Positions 1 to 13,042 of a stretch of 64,000 bases of DNA are shown in pieces. This DNA comes from Bilabrum cf. latius (Eukaryota). The DNA is taken from the NCBI GenBank assembly GCA_965178125.1, contig OZ237772.1:434001-498000 (forward strand), read 5' to 3'. How positions within the stretch are numbered: the stretch's first letter is position 1; every line of letters starts with the position of its first letter. The notes beneath the pieces were generated by a model that was not told the origin of the DNA, did no database searches, and saw nothing but the letters and a program-made list of their open reading frames with translations. The position numbers were made by a program, and so were the translations under genes.

Positions 1-221
1 CCAATATGATCAAATACATCAAATTGGTTTGTCTGGGGTGCAGTGGTAGTGCTTGCAGGTACTTTGGGCAATGGACCTTTGTTTGAAGTTTCGTGCGACC
101 TCGATTTGCCCAGTGTGGACGGAATTTGAATTGGTCCTAGTCGCTCCACTTCGACCATTTAATGTATACCCTTCTCAATTTGTTGATCGATTTCGGCTTG
201 CACAATTGCGCAGCTGCAAAT

Positions 222-443
222 ATGTCTGGAGCTGCTGCTGGAGGCGCTGGTGATTCTGCACCCAAGGCTGGTGACAAGGCTGATGCCGCGAGCACTTACC
301 CCGCCCCCAAGCTTGGCGAGGGAGGTGATAAGATCATGAGCGAGCGAATGGCGGAGGTCCACGCGGTGAGAAATAGAATATTGCGTGGCTCCTCCGAAGC
401 AGAGGAACGTGGCAATGCCTTCGGCAGAGTATCTCCTCGCTGA
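222..443 (+). CDS. Small hypothetical protein (73 aa)
   Basis: ATG at 222 to TGA at 441-443; Ala/Gly-rich N-terminus similar to other genes here; no recognisable domain. Confidence 0.45.
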   Translation: MSGAAAGGAGDSAPKAGDKADAASTYPAPKLGEGGDKIMSERMAEVHAVRNRILRGSSEAEERGNAFGRVSPR

Positions 444-780
444 AATTGAAGCATCGTGGTACATTATTTGAGATTTGTTTAATGTTTTCTTCCGTGCCCT
501 GCAGGATCTGTTCAAGAGAATCGTTAGGTTCTTGTGATGTGGCCATTGCCTGAAGTCGATACATCTGTGATTCTGCAATTCTGCTTCAAATCCAGTTCAT
601 GCAAACGAATTCGTCGGGCATGAGTTTTCCTACTATCGGAAATGAAACGCATAGGCCAGTGGGAATGACCAGCACTGGTGCTACTCGATAAACTGCAGCA
701 CATTCTCGCGAAATATACTCCACGAGCAGCGTATCAAAGTGTCCACATGCGAAAATGTAAGAATTATCATCATGAGCATG

Positions 781-1877
781 TCACTCAGGTTCCCCTGAGC
801 CTCCGGCTCGCTCCTCTTCCTCGTGGGCCGGCACGCCCTCTTGGTCTAGATCTGCCCCACTCCTGGAAGTCCCTGCCAGCCTGAGTGCCCTGCTTGCAGC
901 TTCCAGTCGCTGCTGCCTGCGATGCATTGCAGCGGCAGCAGAAGGGGACATCGCATCTCCTCCATCCTCATCCCCGTCCCCTTGTCGCTATGCACTGCCT
1001 CCGAGTCTGTCCCCACTGGCAGTAGTACCGCCCCTCCCCTCTCCGCTGTGGATTCGCCTTGCGGGGCCTTCGAACCCCCCCTGTACCGCCCGCCCCGCGG
1101 TACCCGCAGAGGCGCCGCTATCGCCCAATTGAGCCTCGTGCAGTAGTCTAGCGCGCTCCGCGGCTGCCTGTTCCTCCACTGAGAGGGAGCCGTCCCCCGC
1201 GCCTCCCTGGCGAAATCCTCGAAAGTGGGAATCTATGTCAGATGCCTTGAGCGCCCCGATCATGTTGCGCCGCTGCTCGTCCGTCAGCTTTGAGTCGGCT
1301 TGATTTTCGGAATAGTCTAGCGTCATGAAAATAAACACGATGATTCCGACTAGCACAAGAGGAATTCGGAACATGCCTCCATAGTATGGGCCCAACAGCC
1401 ACCACGCAGCCCCGAATGCCCCAAGTACCAACGCGTTCTGCGAGTCAAAACAAGAAAAGGCAAGCTTTGAGTTCTAGCTGAGTGGCAAGCGTCTGTCCCT
1501 TTACCTCTGCGCAGTTGCACTTCGTACTGTGTTTCAGTTGAACAGGCACAGCTCACCAGCACGTTTATCCTGTTCCACAGAAAAGATTGTATAGCCTTCC
1601 AGTGCTGACCAAGATCGGACCACGCTCTGGACAGCTTCCTTTGCTTCTTCGCTTGCTTCTTGGCGGCTCTCGCAGATGCAACCGCTTCAATGCGTTCTTG
1701 CACCAGTGCCTACCTTTGCTCCTGCTCGCTTGGAGCATGCTATACGTTTCCCTCGATTTCAGCCTATCTTTTGGCAGCTTTCTCTTGCTACCTTCTTTTT
1801 CTAAGCTAAGCTAGCTCGCGCTTCAAGTTGCTATCTTTGTTCCGGACCGGCACGCCGTTCACGATTCTGGGAAACAT
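781..1877 (-). CDS. Hypothetical membrane protein, 2 exons (intron 1438-1556), with in-frame TAG=Gln
   Basis: ATG at 1877; a GTGAG...CGCAG intron joins the two frames; charged coiled-coil followed by two hydrophobic segments; several in-frame TAGs (e.g. 1806, 1788, 988); ends TGA at 781-783. Confidence 0.7.
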
Positions 1878-2007
1878 CTGCACCAAACAAGTCACAGCCC
1901 AGAAGTACAATCGCGTACTATATCGTATACTTGCTTAGCTTGCTGAAAATGAGCCTGACAACCATATTGTCAGGGCTTGGTTCTATCCGGATCCCCTTGC
2001 GACCATA

Positions 2008-4705
2008 GGGTGAAGGTTCGTCAATCCGGACTGGAGCCGCCGAACTTCGAGCGGGAAATCTGGCCGAGAACACCATGTCATATGTTTCCGTTTTTCTAGA
2101 TGAATTCTACACCGATTGAAGTTCCAAAAAGTGCATCTTGTTTCGGAAATCTTTGAGTATGTGACTAGTAACCTTGACGTGAAGTTAGTGCTCTGTGCAC
2201 CCCAAAAATCGGTGGCTCATCAATCCGGAACGCTGCAACTACACCACGAGCAATGAGTTCGGTATTTTGCCGCCGCGCACATGCTGTTGCTGAAGTGTTA
2301 GCTTTATGGTGTGGTAAATATCTTTCGATGGCTGGCATGCTAAGAACGGATATCATCGCGGAATGGCGAGTCCGGCCACGATTCGGACCGCTGTGCCGAA
2401 CTGCAACTTGTCGATTTACTCTCGGAAAAATTAGGTATAGGCAAAGAGAACCGCATGATTGGGATAAAACAAAGTTTTAAATCATGCTTCTAGTTGCTTG
2501 GAAAAAATAGCGAGCTCAGGAGCTTCCACCTGTGGCCTCATCTTCGATCTGCAGCGGGCGTGGCTTCTGCTCGCTGGCAGCTGCCCGGGCCTTCTCCAGT
2601 TCATCACATGCAGATGATGCGGTCGCCGAGACAGACTCCATCATGCTTATTTGGTCCGTCAGAGCCATGAAAGCGTTGTCATTATCTTCCTCGGTTGCAT
2701 CCTTGGAACTGGTGACCTCCATAAAGGTACCGAGAGCCCCAACGACCTTGCCAACTGAGGCAAGCACGGATCGCGTGGCTCCAATTGAAGTACCTGCAGC
2801 TGCAATCATAGCTGATACCTTTGTCTTTGCCCACGTGTCCAGCTGCTTTGAGTTCCAGTACACGCGCGTGTCCTGCGGTCGCCCTTGCCGCTCCTGCTCC
2901 AGGGGGTCTCGGCGGCCCCCCGGCTGGGTGGATCGCAGGCGTTTGGTAGCTCGCTCCACTGCATCGTTCTTGACCTTCTCGAACTGCTCCCCCGCATGTT
3001 TCTTTCCCCTCGACGACGCAATCAAAGTCTGCTTCCCGATGTCTGACCCATCCATGGCTTCTAGGACTTTTCCGCTCTCCTCCTCGCGTGCCTCCCAGTG
3101 CCTCTGCGCCGGCTGGCGCTTCCTCTTCCGACCCAGCTTCATGTGTTCTTCACGGCCCTTACACTCCGCAATGCGCTTCTTGATGTTAATTTCATGCAGA
3201 GGGGTGTCTGAATCGTAGTCCCACAGGCCGCAGTGCGCGAAGCCACTGTGTACGACATGCCCGGCGGGCTTGTCCCCACTTGGTCGCAAGATGTTGGCGA
3301 GGGCGTACGCCACTGCCCTTGGCGTCCAGTCCTTGTTCGTGTACGTGGTCACCAGCTTTCGAAACTCTGTCTTGAGCGGCTTGAATACCGAAACGTCCTC
3401 TACCTGCAGTTCTGCCTGCCGAGGAGTGAGGGGGGATCGTCACAATGATGAGGCGGTGGGCAAAGGCCCAGGCGATGGTGTCCAAGTCGTAATGTGCCGA
3501 GTGTCCGTCTGTGATTAGGATGGACCATTCGTTTGCCTACCGCCCCTAGTGGTTGTCAAGATTCCACACCAACTTCTCGATGAAGTCGCGCCAGAGCTTG
3601 CTGTTGATGAACGCCTTGGGTGACGAGCGGAGGAGGTCGCGCCCATGCCGGAGCACCTCCGGGTCCTTCTTGGAGATCTCGCTCACAGTGGGAGGGGGAA
3701 TGGCGTCACGGTGTTTGCCCTTTGTGATGTAGATGCTACACACATGCTTGCCGTCTGCATCCAACGCACACAGCAGCGTGGTGGTGTGCCTCGTTCCGTA
3801 CTCGACGGCGTTGCAATCCTTGGCAGTTGGCCTCCAAGCGCTAGCCTCGGGGTGATTTGATGCTCCCCCGGAAGCAGCCGAGCTACTGCTTGATGATGAT
3901 GAAGATGATGGAGCCCCTGTTGAGACAAGACCTGCTGTAACTGCAGCACAGCACTGGAACCCGGACTCATTGCACACGACCACTTGACGGCGCAGTTGGA
4001 TCTTGAACGTCTTGAATAGGCGGCGCAGGATGGCGAACAGCTCCCTGACGCTGCTAGCCCTAACTAGGAATCGTTCTGGCTAGTAGTTCTCATTACGCCG
4101 CGCAGAAATCTTGAACCGCTTCTTGAATCCCTTGAGCCAGCCACGACACAGCTTGTCGTACTTGCGACGGGGGAACGCTTTCTTCATATACAGGTCTTGC
4201 CAATAGTTAGCGAAAGAAATGATGAAGTCTGGATGTGGATGAACACCTGATCTATTCAGCTCCGAAATGAGAAGCTCCAGCTATTCCTCTGCTTCCCTAG
4301 GCAATGTCGGATTTGAACCGCCTCTCGCACCGACCGTTTGTCCGGCTGCTGCCTTCTTCACCCAGTCAGAGGCAGTCGAAGATGGAATGTCCAGACCCCG
4401 TGCTTTCAGATGGGATAGAGCATCCTATTGACTATTCATCTGGCTCAAAACCAGGATAAAAAGCTCGAATTTGGCGCTTTTTTGGGCGTCGCTTGGGAAC
4501 CACTTGGGGTTCCATCGCCACCTCGCACGCGCGTTTACGATATCTGCAATACACTCACATCGAGCCTTTTGTTTAAATGTTTCAAGAACTTTTTGCTGAG
4601 TGATTACTGTTCTCACTTAGCGAAAATTCGGCGAGCTACACGCGAATTGCAGTTTGAATGCCCATTCCGACTTGACGAGCCATCCGGATTGACGAACCTT
4701 CACCC
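2008..4705 (-). mobile_element. Inner pogo-like DNA transposon with 23-bp TIRs and TA target-site duplication
   Basis: GGGTGAAGGTTCGTCAATCCGGA at 2008-2030 and its perfect reverse complement at 4683-4705; TA at 2006-2007 and 4706-4707. Confidence 0.95.
2516..4439 (-). pseudogene. Pogo/CENP-B-like DDE_1 transposase, frameshifted
   Basis: HTH region GWLKGFKKRF; TDGHSAH...PPHSS[A]ELQVEDVSVFKPLK with DD35D spacing. A 4-bp duplication at about 3412-3419 shifts the frame, and the first catalytic motif reads NESGF instead of DE[ST]G. In-frame TAGs are read through. Confidence 0.85.
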
Positions 4706-4787
4706 TAACTGTCCCAACCAACTGCAACTGTCCCAAGATTCAAATGCGACCACTTCTTGAGCTCATACAGGTCTCAATTCTAGAGTT

Positions 4788-7139
4788 ATGCAAGCATCCT
4801 CCTCCAGTTCTAAAGAATCATCAATACTCGACGCAATTGACGACTCGGATACTCGGGCTATCCTTCAGGTGTCTGTGGATGACGTGAATCGTGTGCTCGC
4901 TTGGCGCACGGCCTTGGAGCAATCGGTAGAAGAATGCACAGCTGAGCAGCCTGAGATGCGACTATATGAAGCGCAGCAAGCAGATTATATAATTTACAAG
5001 CAAAAGCTTTAGGTGTGGAGGGAGAGAAATCCCGGTAAGGTTCAAAATGACAGTGAAATCTACCGAGAGATTCAAAATGAGGTGTACCCAGAAAAGACGT
5101 TTAGCGCTGTCCGGAAGCGATTCCAGCGAATCTAGCAACGATTAACGTGCCCCCTACAGGATTTGTGTTGGCGAACAGATTTGCCCTAGTATGTTGAACG
5201 GGCACTTGCGAAGCTGGTCATATTGCGAGAGGATGAGAAGGTGCCGTTCACGCTTGAAGGACTGCGCCGAACTGCAACAGGCCTTCGCAACGACTTTTGT
5301 GCTGGTTCACACAAGGATGGGGTGCCACTATCGCGTGTGTGGTCAACCAGATTTCTAAAGGCTCATAAACTGAAGGATTTGCAAGGTGAAGAGAAGACAA
5401 TCAATCGTAGCGTGGCGGAGAGCCACACGTGCTTGCTGGACTGGTTTGGCGAAGGAGCAGCAAAACGAGGCCTGGTACTCAATACTGAGCTTGGCGTCGT
5501 CGTGTCAGGGACGTGCATTTATCACGAACGATTGTAGTTAAACATAGATGAGACTGTGATCATACTGCATGCCCAGCCAGGGTAGGGCGCAAGGGTTGAC
5601 GGGGCGGACCGTCTGGTGGTCAGGGCCGAATCGCCCCGTGCTGCGCTTCGCGCGACGCATTTTTCCAATACAAACGTATCATTCGTTCCTGTTGTATCAG
5701 CGAAGGATGGAATTGTTGCTGGCCTTCTCGTTTTCCGCTACGATGGCAAGTCTCAAAAGGTCAAACGCGAGATCCAGCGCGAGCAGGAATATGTGGCAGC
5801 CCGGTTGCAACGTGCGCAAGCCCAGCGCGATGCGGGCAAGCTCGACGACGACGGCCTGAAGGCGGAGCTCGAGGATATTCTAGCTGAGGTAAGGCTATCT
5901 GGGAATGTTGTGGACCCCTCGTCTGTCCAGAAACTCTTCTTGGTGCTAGCCAAGACGGACATCGAGCTCCTCGACATCATCGTGTTCTGTGCGACCCCCT
6001 CCGGCTACAGCAACGTCGGGTCCTTGTCCCTGCTGCTTCCAAAGATCGTGGAGTACGCAGCTAGAGTGCGAAGGGAAGAGAGGCTCCCTCCCACAGCTAG
6101 AGTACTGCTCACGATGGACAACCACTCGACGCATGACCAGCGGAGCCTCAGGAAGTTCTGCGCTGCCAACAACATCGACATCGAGCTCCTCCTTCCAATG
6201 AGCACCCACTTCCTGCAGCCCCTGGACGTCGCGTGCATGTCGTCCTTCAAAGCAGAGCTTCGTGGTGTTAAGAAAGACTTCTGTGTCTATCTGAGCTAGC
6301 TTCATTTCATGGAAGCATTCATGGCGTCTGCCCCGGAGGCGAAGAAGTCGGCACTAGCGAAGGCGTCGTGTGACGCGATCGGGGAGGAGTGGATCGCACC
6401 GCTGGTCTTGACCTGTGCAAGCCACAGCTTTCGAGCTTCGAATGCTGCTAGTGGATTCAAGAAGTGCGGACTTCTCCCGTTCAACCCTTCCGTTGTAGTT
6501 GACATGGACAAAGTCAAGCAGCACAGGGCCACGCTGCAGAGGGCCCGGGAGGGGGCCAGTGGTAGTGAGCTGTCAGACGTAGCCAAAATACTGGAGAGTA
6601 TCCCGACAGAGTCAGGATCTTTCGTGAAGAGTACTACGGCTGCCAGTGGAGCAGGCGCATCTGAGCCGTAGTCATCATCCTCGTCTGCTGTGCTTGGGCC
6701 TGCCACGGCTGACAACCTCGGGGGACTGGCGAGCGCCCAGCGCGTGGTGAGCGCCCATGATGCCCTGGCGAAGAGACGCCCCAACACGGCTGCATTCCTG
6801 AGATTAGCAGGTTTGGGGCTTCAAGCAAAGATTGAAAGCGCAGCTCGGGCACAACAATCTCAGAAAAGGCGACCAAGGCTGAAGGGGCTGCAAGGCAACC
6901 GTGGGGCCATCGGGCCCCGGGGGGGCGGGGGTGACGCCGCTTAGCTGCGGAAAAATCAGATGCGCGACCGCCCACTCTAGGATCAGTCCACAGATGAGAT
7001 TATTGAGCAGCTTGAGGAGGCTAGAGTCAACCTGGACGCAATGAGAGCTCAGAATCAGGCCCTCAAGGCCAAGATCGCGAAGATCTAGGCTGCAAGCAAC
7101 AAGAGGGCCATGCCAGCTTCAAAGAAGCGTCGAACTTAA
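4788..7139 (+). CDS. Pogo/Fot1-like DD35D transposase, 783 aa, intact if TAG=Gln
   Basis: One frame with 10 in-frame TAGs (5010, 5133, 5187, 5535, 5583, 6297, 6669, 6942, 6978, 7086); motifs NIDET, MDNHSTH, QPLDV and GFKKCGLLPFNP; C-terminal KKRR; ends TAA. Confidence 0.9.
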
Positions 7140-7552
7140 TATTTTTATATATGATTATACTGCTATTATACTGGAAACCTGAAAAAAAAGTGTGAAATGC
7201 GAGATATTTAGGACTTTGAAGTTGGGACAGTTGTGATTTTTACCAGGCGCGATCATGCCGGCCGCCAAGGCCGCCATCTTTGGTCGGCCATAGCTTGAAG
7301 AGAACATGTCGTCCTGAAAATCTGGTTACAGTTTTGAAATCTCCTTGAAAACCTGCTTCATTACCGAAAAGGACAGGGCCATAGTTGGACATTATTGCTC
7401 CGAATTTTGCGACTGAAGTTGGGAATTTTGCCGTTCAGCTTGGGACAGTTATGGTCGCAAGGGGATACCATTTCAATCGTTATTTACGGACGACTTCGCG
7501 AAGCCAAGTACCTCATTCGCTATCAGTACCATTTCAAGTACGCTGTAGGCTT

Positions 7553-10500
7553 ATGTTGCGGCGTTCAGGGGTGCGTATATTTTCCCTGTCACAAGCGAGA
7601 AGGCTGCGATACAATGTCGGCAGTGCGACAGCTAGTGTCCGGTTGCATCGACGCGGTCCATTCTTCACAGCTGCCAGAAGCAGTGCCGTTGGCCGGTCGA
7701 CCGGGAACGGCACCAAACTTATTCATGTGTCTCGGTGGGAATCATCGCCAAGTGCGTGGTCTTGCCCAAATGTTAACCTCCTGACGACCGAGGCGACAAG
7801 AGGCGATTTTTCCCGTGGCAGGTCAGACCTTTCCGCCAACTGGCTGGCGAAGCTTGAGCAGTTCTGGGGTGAACCGTTCATCCAAATTCTCTTACCGGAG
7901 CTCAGGTTGACGCCCTTTCAGAAAGAAAGAGTCTCCCCGGGTGACCTGCATGAGGCAGTCGATGTGGTGCGACAGGCCAACGTGGACGCGCTGCGAGTTT
8001 GCTGCACGCTTGGCGATGATGTACAGGCGGTAATGGTAGCAGTTCAAGCTGCGAGAAATAAGCCAGGCCGCGATATTCGCGGGAAGCCCGGTGTTTCTGC
8101 TGCTCTGGAGCGTTTGCATTAGCAAGGTTTGCTAGGAGCTTTGCAGAGCGAGGTTCCAGTTGAGTACTTTCGCAGCTAGTAGGCAGCAGAAGATAACGCG
8201 ACGCTGATTTCATTCCTGGAGTCAGAAGCAGAAGCTGCGAAACTGGCTCGGGAAGAAGCGAAGCTGGCTCGGGAAGAAGCGAAGCTGGCTCGGGAAAAAG
8301 CGGAATCTGCGAGGCTGTCCAGGACTGGGATCCCGACGCTCTCCTAGCTGGACCAAACCCTACTGTCAGGTGTCATGCACACCCGGGAAGATGTGGAGCG
8401 CTGCTGCTCTGAGTGGGAGGAGCGAGGGCTCGCGCTCGGGGAGCCTGTCCCGCACTTTCTTCCGAGCGGGAGATCTTTACGCTCCTTTTTGCAGGAGTCC
8501 TGCTCGATCGAGGGCATCGAGGATATCGTGGGGAATATGCAGGCAACAATTGACAACGTGATAGAGGCGCTTGTGGTATACAACCAAGCAATGGAGTTAG
8601 TCGATATTTTATCAGCGGACGTCGTGTTCATAGCTACTGGGGAGGGCTCCTCGAGGGAACTAGTACTACGGGACGCGATACAAGTCTTGCTCTCGCGAAT
8701 GACCGGCTCGCTTATTGATTTTTCCTTACCGAACAGGATACTATCGGGCCCGAAAGGAATGGGGAAGACTTGCATCGTGAAAGCCATCGCCCAGGCTGGC
8801 GCCCTGCTCGAGTTTGCCAACCCAAGGTGGACCGTGTGTAGCGTATATGTCTCGGCCCCAAAACCTAGTGTACCAGTTGGTCCGATGGGGTATATTTCCA
8901 AAGCACTGCATGATAGGGGCCTGCTGTGCGATGCCGACGGGAAGCCGGCAACGTGGGCTGTCGAGCCGGCAGTAGATCGGGCGGCGCACATGTACAAGTG
9001 GTGTCAGGATAGGAATATAATTCCCGTGCTGTTGCTAGACGAAGCAGCGCGTGTCCAGAACAGGACTGACTCCGAGCTGGAGGTGTTCAAGACTGAGCTT
9101 GAAGAAATGTGCGAGGTGAAGAAGTCTCATGGCATGATCCGACTGACCGGGACGTGGTCGCAGCTGCCCAGGCTCATGTACTCTTCTACATTTGGCAAGA
9201 TCGGTATGCACCACCACAAGCTGGCTGAGGAGTCGCTCCGGAACGGGTTGATGCCAGCGGAGAGTGCGCTGATGGGGCTGTACATCGCGCCGTTGCCACA
9301 GAAGGACCGGGAAGCCCTCCGCGCTCTTCTGGCTAACCACATGCTGCAGGGTCAACCCCGGACTCTGTCGAGGACCGGGTTCCTGGATAAGAATGGAACC
9401 GAGCCCACAGGGAGGAGTGTGCACTTCTCGTTCCGCAATGCCGAGGAGTTGCGGTCCAATAGCGGTGGCGTATGGGATGAGCAGCTGGAGCGCGCCACGG
9501 CGACCGTATTGAGATTGCAATACTCTTCAGGTGGCATATCGCGACACTTCAATGACGCGAGCCACCCCACTGCAGTACTTAGTAAGATCCTGGAGGCGCT
9601 GCGGTACAACCGCGGGATTCGACATTTGGCGGACTGGCTAGTCGATGCGACTCTCAAGCTCTTCCCCAATGTACTGGCACTGCCGTTCGACGAGTTCATT
9701 ACAAAAGTAGTCAAGATGGACGCTGACGTGCTAGACGAGGCCGTCGCGTTAGTTAATCCTGGTTTCGATAAATTCGCCCCGGAGATGCGAGAGGCGGCCG
9801 CCAGCGAGCTGCTCGACTACGCGGTGACGATTAGCCTGATCCACATGGAGTCGATGGGAGTGAAGCAGTAGGATTATACTGCCGGCATTCGTTTCAGCAC
9901 GCCTCTCTTTCTATCAGTCACCAGGCAGGTACTGCTAAACGTGCATACGGTGCTTCCCTGGCTCGAGCAGATGGCCTTGACTTGGCCAGACGGAAGGTTT
10001 GGCAAGGACTTGGCGGAGGGGCTAATCGCGGAGGGACTGGCCTTGAATGGCCTCAAGCTGCTGCCTGACGGGGAGAAGCTGGTCGGAGGCCTTGCCTTCC
10101 GCAGGGTAGATGCAGATGTGTGGTACAGGTATCACACGGCTAAGCGAAAAGACGAGGACGCAGCTCGTGCCAGGCTGCAGCCTCTATATTTGCAAAAGAT
10201 TTCAGGCGACATCGAGGTGCCTCTCAACACGCTGCTGAAGGAGATGCCTGACGAGTATAAGGCGGACCTGATCGCAGTATGTCACGCCGCCGGGAGCAAG
10301 CGCGCCTACGTGCTGAGGGTGCAGGTGAAGCTAGGCGAGTCAAAGTCCGCGTGGGTGCACGACGCTACGGCTCTAAGGGAGTGGTCGGACGTGCGGGAGT
10401 TGCTGCGCAAGGCAAAGAACCTGCAAGATATCGAGCTCGTCCATGTGCCCGTGTGGATGGCTCCCCGTACCACAGAAAACCACGCCAGGCAGATCGAGAG

Positions 10501-10681
10501 CAAAGGAGTGCGCGTGGTGCGAGGGCAGGACTTCTGGGACATGTAGATCCCTCATGTCCAAGCGATTGCGTGGCTAATTCCGCAAACGGAGGCAACCCAG
10601 CCCGAGGAGGAGGAGATGCACACGTTTGTCCGTGTAAAGCGACCCAAGGAGCAGTATGTGGAGTCTGTCAGCCAGGCCTGA
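7553..10681 (+). CDS. Crinkler/RHS-like protein: P-loop NTPase plus C-terminal restriction-endonuclease-like domain (start uncertain)
   Basis: Continuous frame through TAGs (8120, 8177, 8180, 8345, 9869, 10544); Walker A GPKGMGKT; Walker B VLLLDEA; C-terminal ADLIAV...VQVKLG (PD-(D/E)XK-like); ends TGA. Confidence 0.7.
8243..8296 (+). repeat. 21-bp tandem repeat encoding (LAREEAK)n heptads
   Basis: CTGGCTCGGGAAGAAGCGAAG repeated about 2.5 times. Confidence 0.8.
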
Positions 10682-11186
10682 CGCAGGTCGTATAGCGGGG
10701 AAGCTTAGCTACTACTAGTAGCCTAGTCCATGAGGTGCCCGGGGGCCGCAGGAGGCAGAACCACCGCTGGATTTTGATGCCAAGTCGCTGGCGGCGGGGA
10801 TGGCCATATTTGCTTCTACCGTTGTGCTTCAAGAAGATGTATGTGGCTTGCACTTGTGTTGCAATCACCACGAACTGAAGCGGGTAAAGGTTCGCAGCTC
10901 TCCAACTGCAACTTGCGAGATGCAGCCTTTTTTTGTCTAATCCAGGATCTACTAGCCGTTCCATGCTAGCGCGCTGCTTGCATGAGGATATCATATCAAG
11001 CTCTGTGCCCAAACTCCAAAGAAATTTTAGCACGGTTTAGCTCTAGGTAGTTTGACATCGTCTACACGTAGGCCCTAACTCCGTCAATGACCGGTGGAGT
11101 AGCGACTGGAGCCTTGGCCCTTGTATGCCGGTCTTGCAGCGCTAGACCTATCACAACCCAAAGCCTTCTGGCAGATACTGTCCCTC

Positions 11187-12536
11187 TCACAGCTTGGCCT
11201 TCATGTAGATGCCGTCCTTCTTGAAGCCTGCCTTGCCGTACAGCCCCTCCAGCCGAGGGGAGCACACCAGGACCACCTTGTAGGCCCCGCTCTCGCGAGC
11301 CGCCGTGACGAGTGCCTTCGTGAGAGCGATTCCGAGTCCCTGACCCCTGTGCGCCTTGTCCACCACCACGTCCTCCACATGCGCCGCCACCGCACCCCCG
11401 TGCGTCAGTGTCCGCCTCAGCATCAGCTGGGCATACCCAACCGCCGCGCCTGTCGATGCCTCCTCTAGAATGAGGCATCTGCTAGATCGGAGCTGGTCCG
11501 CGAGCAGAACCCGCACGGCCTACGGTGACAGCGCTGGGCTATCTGTCAGCTGCTGCAGCAGACGAGGCAGCGTGACGAGTGTGCTATCGGCCTCGAAATG
11601 CGTCATCTCCCGGATCGCGTACAGGCCTCTCTCCACGCCGTTCAGCTTGCGACCAGAGACGGGATCCATTTGACCGGAACTAGAGTTCGAACTGGTGCTG
11701 GTGCTGGCGCTGGCGCTGCTAGCGGTGCTGCAACTGATGCCACAGCTGCTACCACTGCTGCTGCTCCCCCCGCTGCACGACACAGACAGCTGTGGGCTGG
11801 GCAAGGAAGGCCCCGCCGCAGCAGTGCAATGCACCTGCCCTGCTCCCCCCGTGCAGGGCGCCGCCACCCAGCCAGTGCCGCTTCGGCGGGCGAGGGACAC
11901 TGGCCTGGGCTCGGAGCCGGGCACCTTGGACGAAGAACGGCCCGCACTCGTCACACCATGACGCCGCATGCGGATGAGCTGCGTGCTTGTCACACCATGA
12001 TACGAATCCGATGCCCCGCCCATGCTCCCGGGCCCGAGCACCTGCTCCGTGCTCGCCTTGCCCGGCCCGTGCTCTCCCCCCTCCGGCCTCTCGCCATTGC
12101 CAGCGCCTTTCCCCCCTGCCGGTGCCCCTGGCTCTTCCCGCACGTGCTCTGCCCTGCGAGCGATGGGGCCCCCTTCCACCACCTCGCTTGTTCCCTAGCC
12201 ATCCCACGGTCCGTGCGGGCCCTGTGCCCGCCTCGCCAGCGAAGCGATGGATATGACGTCCTCGCTGAGAACGGCCCCGTCCCGGTCCAGGGCCAGCTGC
12301 TTGGAGTGGTCGAAGTGGGCCATGCTCGGGTGCATGTGGTAGTTGGCGCGCCCCATCCCCGTCCTGGAGTGGCTCGGGGGCGGCGGTTTGGACGCCCGCG
12401 CTGGGGCACAGGAGGCGGTCGCCCCGGCGGCCTCCGGGCTGTTTCCGTCCGTTGCTGTCGTGTCTGGTCCGTTGCTACTAGGCCCCATGAGAGAAAGTGT
12501 CGAGCGGTCCGATGCGAGTGTATTAGAATGGTCCAT
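11187..12536 (-). CDS. GNA1: Glucosamine-6-phosphate N-acetyltransferase (GNAT) domain with a long low-complexity N-terminal extension
   Basis: AHVEDVVVDKAHRGQGLG...AYKVVLVC...YGKAGF; frame continuous through TAGs at 12195 and 11520; ends TGA. The true start may be the ATG at about 11669 or an upstream exon. Confidence 0.8.
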
Positions 12537-13042
12537 TGCCTACCTGCAAAGACGGATGTATCATTAAAATGTATCGCACACGATCCGTCAGTGCTCCGCG
12601 CGCGACAGATCTGGTCGTGTCGTGAGGGCGGTGTTGTCCTCCAATTCCATCGAATTCGATTACTCTTAGCAGGCATGAAGATTTATCTAGACTACAATCA
12701 AGTACAAGGCCGGTGAAATTTGACTTTAAACTGCAGCATTCGAATAAGCTGCTGCACTCCATCTCGAGGGATCTACCCTAGCAATCCACGCTAACAATTG
12801 GGGTTCTTGCCAGTTTATTTTCGTCGTATCAACGCTTTTCTTATCGGAATGGCCAAAAGTTACAGCACATAGTATAATTTCAACGAAACTCACCCGCAAT
12901 CACGCGAGAATAGCTCGCGAATCGAGTGGTCGGGGTGACGAAGTGCCGGGTTGGATGGTGCGAAACCGAAAATGCGAGTTTCGTGAATGTACGGTGTTGG
13001 TTTGCAAGGAACGGCAACTCCTAGTTTAAACAGTGTCCCACT

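Larger units (their letters stand above)
1992..7465 (+). mobile_element. Outer pogo/Fot1-like (DD35D) DNA transposon; left TIR split by a nested element
   Basis: Right TIR 7440-7465 (reverse complement TCCCCTTGCGACCATAACTGTCCCAA) is followed by TA. The left TIR is rebuilt exactly from 1992-2007 plus 4708-4717. Subterminal AACTGTCCCAA copies lie at about 4726 and (inverted) about 7222. Confidence 0.9.
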
